From an uncultured bacterium (GTDB lineage Bacteria > Elusimicrobiota > Elusimicrobia > Elusimicrobiales > Elusimicrobiaceae), in assembly GCA_949291365.1 (NCBI GenBank), contig CASEVJ010000011.1:23661-87660 (forward strand): a DNA stretch of 64,000 nt, in the 5' to 3' direction. The notes beneath the pieces were generated by a model that ran no database searches, was not told the origin of the DNA, and saw only the letters and a program-made list of their open reading frames with translations. Shown here in pieces: positions 9,813 through 19,044 of this stretch. The position numbers were made by a program, and so were the translations under genes. Numbering within the stretch: the first letter of the stretch is position 1; every line of letters starts with the position of its first letter.

Positions 9813-11378
9813 ATGAAAAAACGAATTATTTTGCTGGCGGCCCTGCTGGCGGTATTTTCCCCGCTTGTGTTGCAGGCGCAGTCCTGGCAAATGGTGGGTA
9901 CCCGCGCGATGGGTATGGGCGGCGCCGGCGTGGCTACCGCCTACGGGGCCGACGCACAATATTGGAACCCGGCCGGTTTGGCCACGGAAGAGGACGTAAA
10001 CGATGCCGGCTTTTCTCTGATGGCGGGGGCTAGTCTGCAGGCGGCGGACAATGTATTGGAGGGCGTGAGTGATTTAACGGACATGGCCGACCGCTACAAA
10101 AATTTGGCTTCTGCCATAAAAAACGGCTATACGGCTACAGCAAACGATTTGAGCACTATTTTTGAAGGTTTGGATGATATATCCAAATTAGTCGGCAAAG
10201 ACATGGGGGCCTTGGTGGACGCCCATGCCGGTGCGGGCCTGAAAATCAAAAATTTTGCCGTTACTGCGCGTGCACTGGGCAGTATGGCCATTCTGCCGGT
10301 GGTAGACACGAAAAACATTGGTTTTGCTGGTGCGGGAGCGGGGCTGCAGTTGGGCTCCACCGGCTCTGCCGGCAGCAACCAAACCTCGGCCGACCGCTTG
10401 GCCAGTGCGATAGACCGCTACGGCGTATTTGACGCGTTAAACCAATTGCTCGGCGGCGGTTATGCCAGCAGTCAGGAATTGGCCAATGCGTTTATCAATG
10501 CCGCCGCTGCAGCCGGCGGCACCGGCCAGCAGATTGCCGATGCAGTCAATGCCGCTGTGGGCAGCATGGGCGGCGCGGCAGAGATTATTAACCAAGCGGC
10601 TTCCTCTTCCGGCTCTTATGCGGATAACCAAACACTGGCCATGGCAGACGCAGCCACCTTTGCTGAAGTGGCGGTGGGCTACGGCACCCAGGTCATACCC
10701 GGCTTAAAGCTGGGCGCAAACCTGAAAGTTATTGACGGTTATATGGCCCAAAGCGGTGTGATGATTTTAAGTGACGACCAGGATATTAAAGACATCTTTG
10801 ACAAAGCATACGACAATAAAGAAAACAGCGTCAATATCGGTGTAGATTTAGGGGCGCAGTTTAATTTCTCCAGCGCGCTGGACAGAGAGGTGCTGTTTAA
10901 TCCCCAGTTGGGTTTAACCGTTAAAAACCTCAACGCCCCCAAGTTTGACCGTCCGTCCGCACCGTCGGATTTGGATCCGGCTATCTTGGCACACTGGAAT
11001 ACGGATAAATATCAGCTCAAACCCCAGGTGCGCGCCGGTGCAGCCATTAATCCGCTGCCGTTTATGACGCTGGCTATGGACTTGGACTTGACGGAAAACG
11101 ACACGCTGCTTGATGAAATCAAATCCCGCCAGCTGGCTTTGGGCGTGGAGTTTAACTTGCTGAACCGTCCCACATTCAATATCCCGCTGCGGTTGGGTTT
11201 TAACAAAAACCTTTCTTCCAGCGCAGTGTCGCCTTTTTACACGGTGGGGCTGGGCTTAAATATGGCGCATTTCCACCTGGAGCTGGCCGGAGCGATGAGC
11301 AGCGGAAGTACGGATATTGACGGTACCAGTGTGCCGGATTCCGCCGCCGCTTCTTTCATGCTGGGCTTTTTGTTCTGA
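9813..11378 (+). CDS. TraF-like/FadL-like outer-membrane beta-barrel protein
   Basis: Signal peptide; RAMGMGGAGVA and YWNPAGL motifs; barrel-like C-terminal half ending in Phe. Confidence 0.75.
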   Translation: MKKRIILLAALLAVFSPLVLQAQSWQMVGTRAMGMGGAGVATAYGADAQYWNPAGLATEEDVNDAGFSLMAGASLQAADNVLEGVSDLTDMADRYKNLASAIKNGYTATANDLSTIFEGLDDISKLVGKDMGALVDAHAGAGLKIKNFAVTARALGSMAILPVVDTKNIGFAGAGAGLQLGSTGSAGSNQTSADRLASAIDRYGVFDALNQLLGGGYASSQELANAFINAAAAAGGTGQQIADAVNAAVGSMGGAAEIINQAASSSGSYADNQTLAMADAATFAEVAVGYGTQVIPGLKLGANLKVIDGYMAQSGVMILSDDQDIKDIFDKAYDNKENSVNIGVDLGAQFNFSSALDREVLFNPQLGLTVKNLNAPKFDRPSAPSDLDPAILAHWNTDKYQLKPQVRAGAAINPLPFMTLAMDLDLTENDTLLDEIKSRQLALGVEFNLLNRPTFNIPLRLGFNKNLSSSAVSPFYTVGLGLNMAHFHLELAGAMSSGSTDIDGTSVPDSAAASFMLGFLF

Positions 11379-11396
11379 TAATTTGTTTGCCAAAAG

Positions 11397-11426
11397 ACCC
11401 GCGCTGCAGCAAACAGCGCGGGTTTT
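11397..11426. terminator. Terminator between convergent genes
   Basis: ACCCGCGCTG-loop-CAGCGCGGGT with flanking A and T tracts. Confidence 0.7.
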
Positions 11427-11445
11427 GTTTATACGGAACGATAGA

Positions 11446-12201
11446 TTATACCTCAGGCGGTTTTTTGTTGTTTTTCTCAAAGCGCTGTATTTCCTGCACG
11501 ATGCCCGCCGTCAGCACTGCAGTAGTAATGGCAAATAAAATGAGTCCCGCCGCCACCGTAACAGCGGCAATAGCGCGGCCCAAATAAGTAATGGGATACA
11601 AATCCCCATATCCCAGCGTGGTAAACGTTTCCACCGACCACCACATCGCGTCGAGCATATTACGAAATACCAGCGGTTGGGCGGCGTGTTCCACCCGGTA
11701 AATCATAAACGCGCTCCACACCCACAGCATCAAAATAAAGGCCCCGCAAATCATCAGTTCAGATTTCTTTTTTGCTACGACGGTATTCATCAGTTCAATG
11801 GCGTTGGTATAGCGCATGAGCATTAAAATACGAAATACCCGCAGCATGCGCAAATATCCGGCTCCCAAAATAAAAAACGGAGAGATAGCCAGCAGGTCAA
11901 TAATCATCAGCGGAGTCAGCATATATTTAATACGTCCGCTGATAGGTTTGGCATAGCGGGGGTCTGCCGTGCAGGTAATGAGGCGCAGTGCGTATTCTAG
12001 TCCGAAAACGGCACTCATAAATAAGTCCAAATGCAAAATAAAGCGTTTGAGCCGCGGGCCGGCGTCTCCCAAGCTTTCTATAACGTCTACGGGCACGCTC
12101 AATAAAATAAGCAGAATAATAAAACCGTTGATAGCGTGGGTCAGTTTGCTGCGGTGATTAAACTGTAAGGTGTTGTAAATGGCGCGTTTGATTTGAGACA
12201 T
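11446..12201 (-). CDS. 6-TM potassium channel (ion transporter family)
   Basis: Selectivity filter TTLGYGD; S4-like LRMLRVFRIL. Confidence 0.9.
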   Translation of the reverse strand: MSQIKRAIYNTLQFNHRSKLTHAINGFIILLILLSVPVDVIESLGDAGPRLKRFILHLDLFMSAVFGLEYALRLITCTADPRYAKPISGRIKYMLTPLMIIDLLAISPFFILGAGYLRMLRVFRILMLMRYTNAIELMNTVVAKKKSELMICGAFILMLWVWSAFMIYRVEHAAQPLVFRNMLDAMWWSVETFTTLGYGDLYPITYLGRAIAAVTVAAGLILFAITTAVLTAGIVQEIQRFEKNNKKPPEV

Positions 12202-12264
12202 AGTCCCCCCCTCGTCAGATTAGTAAATAAGCACGCTGCAGGGCAAGCGGTTTTTTGGGTCAGG

Positions 12265-13089
12265 TTATTCTTCCGGTTCCTGTTGGGAAAAATGGACAGC
12301 CGCCGAAATTTTGCGTTCGTTGCAAAAAGCCAGTATTTCTTTGCGCAGTGCTTTCCAATAGCCGTCTTTCTTTTGGCGGTAGATTTGCTCATAGTATTCT
12401 TTGAGCCGGGGGTGTTTTTGGGTAATATACAGCAACACCCGGTGTAACGCGGCGGCGCGCAGTTTCAGATTTTCAAATGTAAACCGGCCGGTAAAAGGAC
12501 GCGCCTCTTCCAAAAGCGTTTTCCAATCCGACAAATAGGGAAACAATGGCGAGATGTGTACCCAGGTGGCAATGCCGTGCCCGTGCAGCGTTTTAAGTGC
12601 CTGCAGCCGCTGCGGCACGCTGCTGGCACAGGGCTCTGTTTCCAGGCGCAGGGCGTCGTCTGCGGTATGTATGGAGAAACCGACAGTGATATCCGGTATT
12701 TGTGTCAGAACGTCTATATCGTGCAATACCAGGGCGGATTTGGTCAAAATAGTAATGTGCGCGCCGCTGTGGCGCAGCTGCAGCAGCAGTTTGCGCGTCA
12801 GCGCGTATTTTTCTTCCAGCGGGTTATAACAATCGGTAACGGAGCTTAAAAATACATTCTTTCCGGCCAAATCTACGGGCCGGGAGGACGTGCTGCGTAT
12901 TTTTACGTCGGTAAACGTGCCCCAGGGTTCATCGTGATTGGAAAAACGCTTCATAAATTCGGCGTAACAATAAATACAGCGGTGCGGGCAGCCGACATAG
13001 GGGTTTATGACATAATCTTCCCCCGGCAGTTTGGAAGGGTTTATGTATCCTCTGGTAACGATTTCCTGCACTTTAAGAGAGTTGTTCAT
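12265..13089 (-). CDS. Radical SAM protein, SplB (spore photoproduct lyase)-like
   Basis: NPYVGCPHRCIYCYA (CxxxCxxC), LSSVTDCY, LTKS. Confidence 0.85.
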   Translation of the reverse strand: MNNSLKVQEIVTRGYINPSKLPGEDYVINPYVGCPHRCIYCYAEFMKRFSNHDEPWGTFTDVKIRSTSSRPVDLAGKNVFLSSVTDCYNPLEEKYALTRKLLLQLRHSGAHITILTKSALVLHDIDVLTQIPDITVGFSIHTADDALRLETEPCASSVPQRLQALKTLHGHGIATWVHISPLFPYLSDWKTLLEEARPFTGRFTFENLKLRAAALHRVLLYITQKHPRLKEYYEQIYRQKKDGYWKALRKEILAFCNERKISAAVHFSQQEPEE

Positions 13090-13118
13090 ATCCGCCCCGA
13101 TATTATATTATAGCAGGT

Positions 13119-13838
13119 ATGGAACAAGCGATAAATTTAATCAAAAACGCCCGCCAGGGCGTGGTGTTTACGGGGGCCGGTGTGTCGGTGGAAAGCGGCA
13201 TTCCCCCTTTTACGGGCCGTGGCGGTTTGTGGAACCAGTACGATCCTAAATTTATAGAAATAGATTTTTTTTATTCCAATCCCAAACGCAGCTGGGAAGA
13301 AATGAAAAAGATTTTCTTTACCTGTATGGATGAAGCCCAGCCCAACAAAGCCCACCAGGTTATCGCCGCGCTGGAAGCGCGGGGCGGCTTTTGCGGCGTC
13401 ATTACGCAAAATATTGACGGCTTGCACCAAAAAGCCGGCAGTAAAAACGTGCAGGAATTTCACGGCACTATACATCAAATGCACTGCCTGGCCTGCGGGC
13501 GCGTCTATTTGACCAAAGACGTCAATTTAGACGTCCTTCCCCCCCATTGCAGCTGCGGCGGGGTGCTCAAGCCGGATTTTGTGTTTTATGGGGAAGGGAT
13601 TCCCCCCGCCGCTTATGAAGCGTCTGTGGAAATGGCCGCTAATGCCGATGTCATGATTATCGTGGGCACCGCCGGCCAGGTGATGCCGGCATGCAGTATG
13701 CCGCTGCTGGCCAAACAGCACGGTGCCAAGATTATAGAAATTAATACGCTCCCCTCTACATATACAGATGGCGTGAGCGATTTTTTCTTTCAGCAAAAAG
13801 CGACGGAATTTTTTGCAGAACTTGAAAAAAATCTTTAG
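13119..13838 (+). CDS. cobB: NAD-dependent protein deacylase (sirtuin)
   Basis: GAGVSVESGIP, TQNIDGLH, HG, Zn cysteines CLAC and CSC, KPDFVFYGE, GTAG. Confidence 0.9.
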   Translation: MEQAINLIKNARQGVVFTGAGVSVESGIPPFTGRGGLWNQYDPKFIEIDFFYSNPKRSWEEMKKIFFTCMDEAQPNKAHQVIAALEARGGFCGVITQNIDGLHQKAGSKNVQEFHGTIHQMHCLACGRVYLTKDVNLDVLPPHCSCGGVLKPDFVFYGEGIPPAAYEASVEMAANADVMIIVGTAGQVMPACSMPLLAKQHGAKIIEINTLPSTYTDGVSDFFFQQKATEFFAELEKNL

Positions 13839-14084
13839 TCTTTTCTGTGGAACTTTCGGGTGCGAAACTGCGCCGGAAATGTGTTTTACAAAGCTCTATG
13901 GCCGGACTTTGATAAAACACCCCTGTCTATGCGGGGGTGCTTTTATGTTAAATATGCCTAGATTATGGAATTTAGGTTTGGGGAGATATGTTTCGGGCTT
14001 TTCCTGCCGGACAGATTTTTCCGGGAGTCGGTTTTCATTTATTCTTCAGCAAAAGCCCCGCTAAATGCGGGGCTTTTGTGTGAC

Positions 14085-14672
14085 TTATAAAGCAGCAGTT
14101 TGGGCAGCCACTTCATCTTCCGTTTCCCGCATGGCATGCAGAACGGTGTCTAATAATTTGTCCAGCTCCCAGCCCAGCATGTCGGCGCCTTGCTTAATGA
14201 CGTCTCGGGAGCAGCCGGCGGCGAATTTTTTATCTTTAAATTTTTTCTTCAAGCTGGCCAGCTCCATATCTTTTGTGCTTTTGGACGGGCGCATGCGGGC
14301 CGCCGCGCCGATAAGCCCGGTCAGCTCGTCGGAGGCAAAAAGAAATTTTTCCATTTCATTTTCCGGCTGTACGTCAGACACCAGCCCGTATCCGTGTGCA
14401 CAGACGGCGTGCACCAGTTCCGGCTCGGCGTTTATTTCCGCCAAGAGCTGTGGGGCTTTTTGGCAATGTTCGGTGGGATATTGTTCAAAATCTATATCAT
14501 GCAACAGCCCGCACAAAGCCCAGAAATCGGCCTCGGCCCCGCGCCCGGAGTGGTTGGCATACCAACGCATGGCGGCTTCTACGGTCAGCGCATGAGAAAG
14601 GTGGAAGGGCTCCTGGTTGTATTTTTTCAATAAATCCAGGGCTTGGCCCCGGGTGATGTGTGTAGCTGGCAT
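14085..14672 (-). CDS. HD-domain (HDIG) metal-dependent hydrolase
   Basis: HALTVE, GLLHDIDFE, HG, DELTGL. Confidence 0.85.
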   Translation of the reverse strand: MPATHITRGQALDLLKKYNQEPFHLSHALTVEAAMRWYANHSGRGAEADFWALCGLLHDIDFEQYPTEHCQKAPQLLAEINAEPELVHAVCAHGYGLVSDVQPENEMEKFLFASDELTGLIGAAARMRPSKSTKDMELASLKKKFKDKKFAAGCSRDVIKQGADMLGWELDKLLDTVLHAMRETEDEVAAQTAAL

Positions 14673-15022
14673 ATATTTCTCCCAAATTAAAAGGCGGCCT
14701 TTGCATGCGGCCCGCCTAAAAAGTGTATTCCGGCTTCCAGCCCGGCAGATGGGGCCGGGGGCCTGCTTTTATTTTAGCAATTTATGAGCAGCTGCTTGTC
14801 CGGGCCAAGTTTTTGGGATAGAGCATATAGCAAATAAGCGGGGCCGAAAAGCCCCGTGGCTTATTTTGTTCCTTTGGCAGAGTCCGAAGCGGAAGCGTTT
14901 CTGCCATAAAATCTGCAAAGCATGCAGAGAGAAGCATGCCGGCGATAGAATTTTTGTGTTTTGGTCGGTGTTAATGAAAAGCAACAAAACGCCCGCTTTT
15001 CAGCGGGCGTTTGTGGCGGGAA

Positions 15023-15388
15023 TTAGTTTCCTTCGTTAAAGCGGTTGGGTCCGGGGGTGCTGGGCAGCAAGAAGAATATAAAAAGTATTAAAGACCCAAC
15101 AGCCGGCACCAGCGCAATCAACAGCCACCAGCCACTGCGGTTGCTGTCGTGCAGGCGGCGTACGCCGATGGACAGGGTAGGCAGTACCATGACAAAGGCA
15201 TACATAAAGTAAAAAACGGTGAACAAAATACCGATAATATTATCTATCGTGCTCAAGAAACCTAAAATGAACGCTCCAATGGCATAAAAAAGAATATACA
15301 TCCAGTATTGTTCTCTGGTGGCGCGTCCTTTGAAACGGATATAGTTTTTGGTAAGCACATCTAAAAAATAAGTTTTAAAAGCATTCAT
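15023..15388 (-). CDS. DUF805 (YhaH/YhaI-like) membrane protein
   Basis: FKGRATREQYW, VRRLHDSNRSGWW, GPNRF. Confidence 0.9.
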   Translation of the reverse strand: MNAFKTYFLDVLTKNYIRFKGRATREQYWMYILFYAIGAFILGFLSTIDNIIGILFTVFYFMYAFVMVLPTLSIGVRRLHDSNRSGWWLLIALVPAVGSLILFIFFLLPSTPGPNRFNEGN

Positions 15389-15506
15389 AACCCTTTTCTC
15401 CTCCTTATAGTCGGAACATCTGATTTACTATAGCACATTTTGACCCCGCTGCAAACCCCTGTTCCGTGCTCTGCATTGAAACAGCAGCCCCGGTGCGCGG
15501 CCTGCT

Positions 15507-16010
15507 TTATATTTTTTTGCAATGGTCTAAAGGTGCGGCAGTGTCCGCCGGGTGTTTGGCGATATCCACCCATTGTGCTTGGGTTAGTTCCTGCAGCTGC
15601 TGCGGCGTCAGTTTGACGGCATTGTTGGGTGCCCCGGCGGCGGGATAGACGAAATCAAAGGGGCGTATGCTTTCGTCCAGGTAAATCCGCACCCCTTCAT
15701 TGAGGGCAAAGGGGCAGACCCCTCCGGCGGGGTGACCGGTAAGTGTTTCCACTTCTTCCCCGTGCGGGAATACGGCCTTTTCTCCAAATACTGCTTTAAA
15801 TTTTTGGTTATCTACCCGCGCCGCCCCGCATACGCAAATAACAATGGGGCCGGTTTTGGTCTTAAAAGCCAGGGTTTTCACAATGTGCTCCGGCGCGCAG
15901 CCCACGGCTTGCGCCGCAAGTTCCACCGTAGCCGAAGATACGGCAAACTGCATATAGTGTTGCAAAAATCCGCGGGAAGCTAAAAAATCTTTTACTTGTT
16001 CTGTTTTCAT
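15507..16010 (-). CDS. YbaK/EbsC-family aminoacyl-tRNA editing protein
   Basis: IVKTL, GHPAGGVCPF, AAG motifs. Confidence 0.9.
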   Translation of the reverse strand: MKTEQVKDFLASRGFLQHYMQFAVSSATVELAAQAVGCAPEHIVKTLAFKTKTGPIVICVCGAARVDNQKFKAVFGEKAVFPHGEEVETLTGHPAGGVCPFALNEGVRIYLDESIRPFDFVYPAAGAPNNAVKLTPQQLQELTQAQWVDIAKHPADTAAPLDHCKKI

Positions 16011-16184
16011 AAATGGCTGCCGCCGTATTTGGCAAATCCGGACGGCTTCTTTGTTAAATTATAGTTTATTTTATGGGCCGGTAAGCATCCAGCCCCGTAA
16101 ATGGCGGCATGTCAGCGGTTTGGGCGGTTATAAGTGTATCGGCGCAAAGAAATTTGGCCCGGAGCATGTGCAACATGCCTGCCA

Positions 16185-17099
16185 TTACGGAAACACTTCG
16201 TCTATCGTTTCCAGTACGGCCAGAAAACATACCCGTACGCCTGCGGCGGAGAGGGCGCCTCTTTCACCCATTTCCCGCCCGGGGTGTATATAATTGCGCT
16301 GCATGCGGGCGGCACGCAGCAGTTTGAGGGTATGGGGTTTGAGAAGGGCCTTCTCCGCGCAGAGCGCAATCAGTTCGGATAAATGGCAATCCAAAAGGGG
16401 CTGGGCTTTTTTCCCGGGCAGAGAAATTTTGGATATTTTGAGTTTTTGGCGCAGATGCCATGCCAGCAATATTTCCAGCATGGCACCGGACAAAGCCGCT
16501 ACGGCGTGCCCGTGCCCAAGCAGGTAAGCGCAGTCCAATTCATCAAAAATATCCAGCAAAGCGGCCCGGCAGCGGCGCGGAGCGGCGGAAAGCTGTTTTC
16601 TTTTTTGCAGATAGCCGGTTTGTTGTATTTCCTGCTCCGTCAGCGTGCGTGCCCGGCGCAGCCACGGCGGCGCTGCAAAGGCGTTGGGGGCGCGGCGTGG
16701 GCGCGGGGCCGGCTCGGCATATCGGCTTAAAGCCGCCAGCGGAGTATATGGGGGCAGATTATTTTCCATGCGCAGGTGCAGGGCGCCGGCCAGTTTGCGG
16801 GTTTGCGGTTCCTGCGGATTTGTTTTGAGCAACTGGCGCGCTATGTGCTGTGCCGGAGCGTTTAACCCCAAACAGACAAAAGACTGCAATAGATTTGGGT
16901 GAAGCAGGCGGTTTTTCTGCTTGTCCGGCGCATAAAGTAAAAGCAACTGGTAAAGCTGCACATTCCAGGTGTGTTTGCCCGCCAAACACACTTCTGTATA
17001 AAGCGCACCCAGCTCCTGTTCAAAGGGTTTTCCGGCCAGCAGGAGCCGTTTGATTTGTTCGGTACGTTTTTGCAATTGGGTTTTTAGTAAACGCGGCAT
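16185..17099 (-). CDS. Hypothetical protein with a TPR-like segment and C-terminal HEPN/DUF4145-like domain
   Basis: C-terminal GAMLEILL...LSELI...ARMQRNYIHP; start reassigned to ATG 17099 (MPRLLK) because the longer ORF overlaps the divergent MFS start. Confidence 0.6.
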   Translation of the reverse strand: MPRLLKTQLQKRTEQIKRLLLAGKPFEQELGALYTEVCLAGKHTWNVQLYQLLLLYAPDKQKNRLLHPNLLQSFVCLGLNAPAQHIARQLLKTNPQEPQTRKLAGALHLRMENNLPPYTPLAALSRYAEPAPRPRRAPNAFAAPPWLRRARTLTEQEIQQTGYLQKRKQLSAAPRRCRAALLDIFDELDCAYLLGHGHAVAALSGAMLEILLAWHLRQKLKISKISLPGKKAQPLLDCHLSELIALCAEKALLKPHTLKLLRAARMQRNYIHPGREMGERGALSAAGVRVCFLAVLETIDEVFP

Positions 17100-17189
17100 A
17101 CATGCATAGTAGCAATTGCGGAGGCCGGACGCCAACTCTTCTGTAAAAAATGCTTTCCGTCGGTCTCCGTAAAAAATATAATAAATAGT

Positions 17190-18563
17190 ATGAGCGAAAA
17201 AGAACAAACTGAAAAAAATACACCGGCGGCTAAAACGTCGTTGAAAGAAGAACTGAAAATTATTTTTTCTTCATCCCGTGCGTTTTGGCTGGTTAACTTG
17301 GTGAACTTTGGGGAAGGAATTGCCTATTTTGGCATACTAACCTTGCTGACGCTGTATTTGGGCGGAAGCGTGGGTATGAGTGATACGATGACCGGAATCA
17401 GCGTATCCACTTTTACCGGACTGGTGACGCTGTTTATGTTTGGCGGCGGTTTTGTATCGGACAAATACGGCGTGCGCAAAGCGCTGACCATTTCCCTCTT
17501 ATTGCTTTTCTCCGGGCGCGTACTGCTGGGGTTTGCCGGCTTGCCGGCCGGATATGGGTTGCCCACGTTGGGCTATGTTATGTCCTGGGCGGCTATTTTG
17601 TTGATGGCATTAGGGTCGGGCATTTTGCAGCCGGCGCTTTATGCCGGGGCCAAAGAATATACCAATCCCAAAGTGTCTGCCATAGCGTTTAGCTTTATTT
17701 ACGCGATTATGAATTTGGGCATTGTGTTTGAGAATTTCATTTCCCCCTTTATCCGCACCGATGAGCCGTTTATCGGCAATATACACGGCCTGGGCTGGGG
17801 AATTATGGGAGTATTCTTAACATGTACGGCGCTGACGGGGGTGCTGCTGCTGGCGCATATCACGCTGTTTACCAGAAAAATTGAAAAAGAATGCCGCGTA
17901 GCTGTAGCTAATGAAGAAGAAAATAAAAATAAAACCTGGAAACAGCGCATAGCCGAAATGCCTTTCCGCGATATGCGTTTTATGTGGTTTATCTTTATTT
18001 TACTGCCGGTGCAGACACTTTTTGCGCATCAATTTCTGACTATGCCGGATTACATTTTCCGTGTATTCCCGCCGGAGGTGGCCGCCAAGTTTGAGTGGAT
18101 TAACGGCATCAATCCGTTTATCATCGTCATTTTTGTACCGTTGATTGCCATGCTTACGCGCAATGTCAATGTGTTTAAAATGCTGATTATCGGCACCAGC
18201 ATTTCCGCCGCTACGACATTTTTGCTTATCGGACAGCGGCCGGATTTGACGATGCTGATTTTGTACGTCATTATCTTTTCGTTGGGGGAGGCGGCCTGGT
18301 CTTCGCGTTTTTACGAATATGTGGGCGATTTGGCCCCCGTCGGACAGGTGGGGGCCTATATGGGGCTGGCGGGCCTGCCGTGGTTTATGGCTAAATTTAC
18401 CACCGGGCTTTATTCCGGCTCCATGTTGGCGCATTTTGTGCCGAAAGACGGCGTGCAACACCCGGGTGAAATGTGGCTGATTTATGCGTTTATTGCCTGT
18501 ATTTCCCCTATCGGGCTGTTATTGACGCGCAAATGGATTGAAGGCGGCAAAGCTAAGGGCTGA
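17190..18563 (+). CDS. MFS transporter (POT/peptide-transporter-like)
   Basis: About 12 hydrophobic segments; motif A GGFVSDKYGVRK; FYxIMNLG-like segment. Confidence 0.85.
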   Translation: MSEKEQTEKNTPAAKTSLKEELKIIFSSSRAFWLVNLVNFGEGIAYFGILTLLTLYLGGSVGMSDTMTGISVSTFTGLVTLFMFGGGFVSDKYGVRKALTISLLLLFSGRVLLGFAGLPAGYGLPTLGYVMSWAAILLMALGSGILQPALYAGAKEYTNPKVSAIAFSFIYAIMNLGIVFENFISPFIRTDEPFIGNIHGLGWGIMGVFLTCTALTGVLLLAHITLFTRKIEKECRVAVANEEENKNKTWKQRIAEMPFRDMRFMWFIFILLPVQTLFAHQFLTMPDYIFRVFPPEVAAKFEWINGINPFIIVIFVPLIAMLTRNVNVFKMLIIGTSISAATTFLLIGQRPDLTMLILYVIIFSLGEAAWSSRFYEYVGDLAPVGQVGAYMGLAGLPWFMAKFTTGLYSGSMLAHFVPKDGVQHPGEMWLIYAFIACISPIGLLLTRKWIEGGKAKG

Positions 18564-18590
18564 CAGCCGGGCCGTTGCCGTAAAATTAAC

Positions 18591-18618
18591 AAAAGCCCCG
18601 TTGCGCAACGGGGCTTTT
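18591..18618 (+). terminator. Intrinsic terminator
   Basis: AAAAGCCCCGTTG-CGC...GGGGCTTTT near-perfect palindrome after the MFS gene. Confidence 0.8.
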
Positions 18619-18679
18619 GTGCAAGGTGCCGCTAATTTTTGTAAAATAATAAAAAAGATGCACCCAGCGTTGTTTTTAT

Positions 18680-18751
18680 GCCCCCATAGCTCAACGGATA
18701 GAGCACCTGCCTTCTAAGCAGGGGATTACAGTTCGATTCTGTATGGGGGTA
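18680..18751 (+). tRNA. tRNA-Arg (anticodon TCT)
   Basis: Cloverleaf: GCCCCCA/TGGGGGT acceptor, GCTC/GAGC D-stem, CCTGC-CT[TCT]AA-GCAGG, TACAG-TTCGATT-CTGTA; CCA not encoded. Confidence 0.93.
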
Positions 18752-19044
18752 TTTTTATGCGCCAAAGAGCGGTTTTTGCCGGCGGACAGAAAGCCGCCGC
18801 CCCGGGCGCAAACGCTTATTGCAGAAAGCAAAAATACATCTGCAAAGAGGCCGCAGGCGTGTGAGCAATATCGGTAGGCGGCGCCGGCGTTTACCGTCCT
18901 AAACAGCGTTTGTTGTGCAGAGCAGCGGTGCGAGCAAAGCGGCTGGGGCCGTGGAATATCTCCCTGCAAACGCTTGCTGCCGGTGCAGAAAAAGGCCGGG
19001 TGTGTTACAATAAACATATATCATTTTGGAGCCGAGAACTATTT

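Noticed and set aside
9813-11378. Conjugative element suggested by the TraF-like protein
   Set aside because: No relaxase, VirB4, coupling protein, integrase or att sites; the motif is shared with general outer-membrane barrels.
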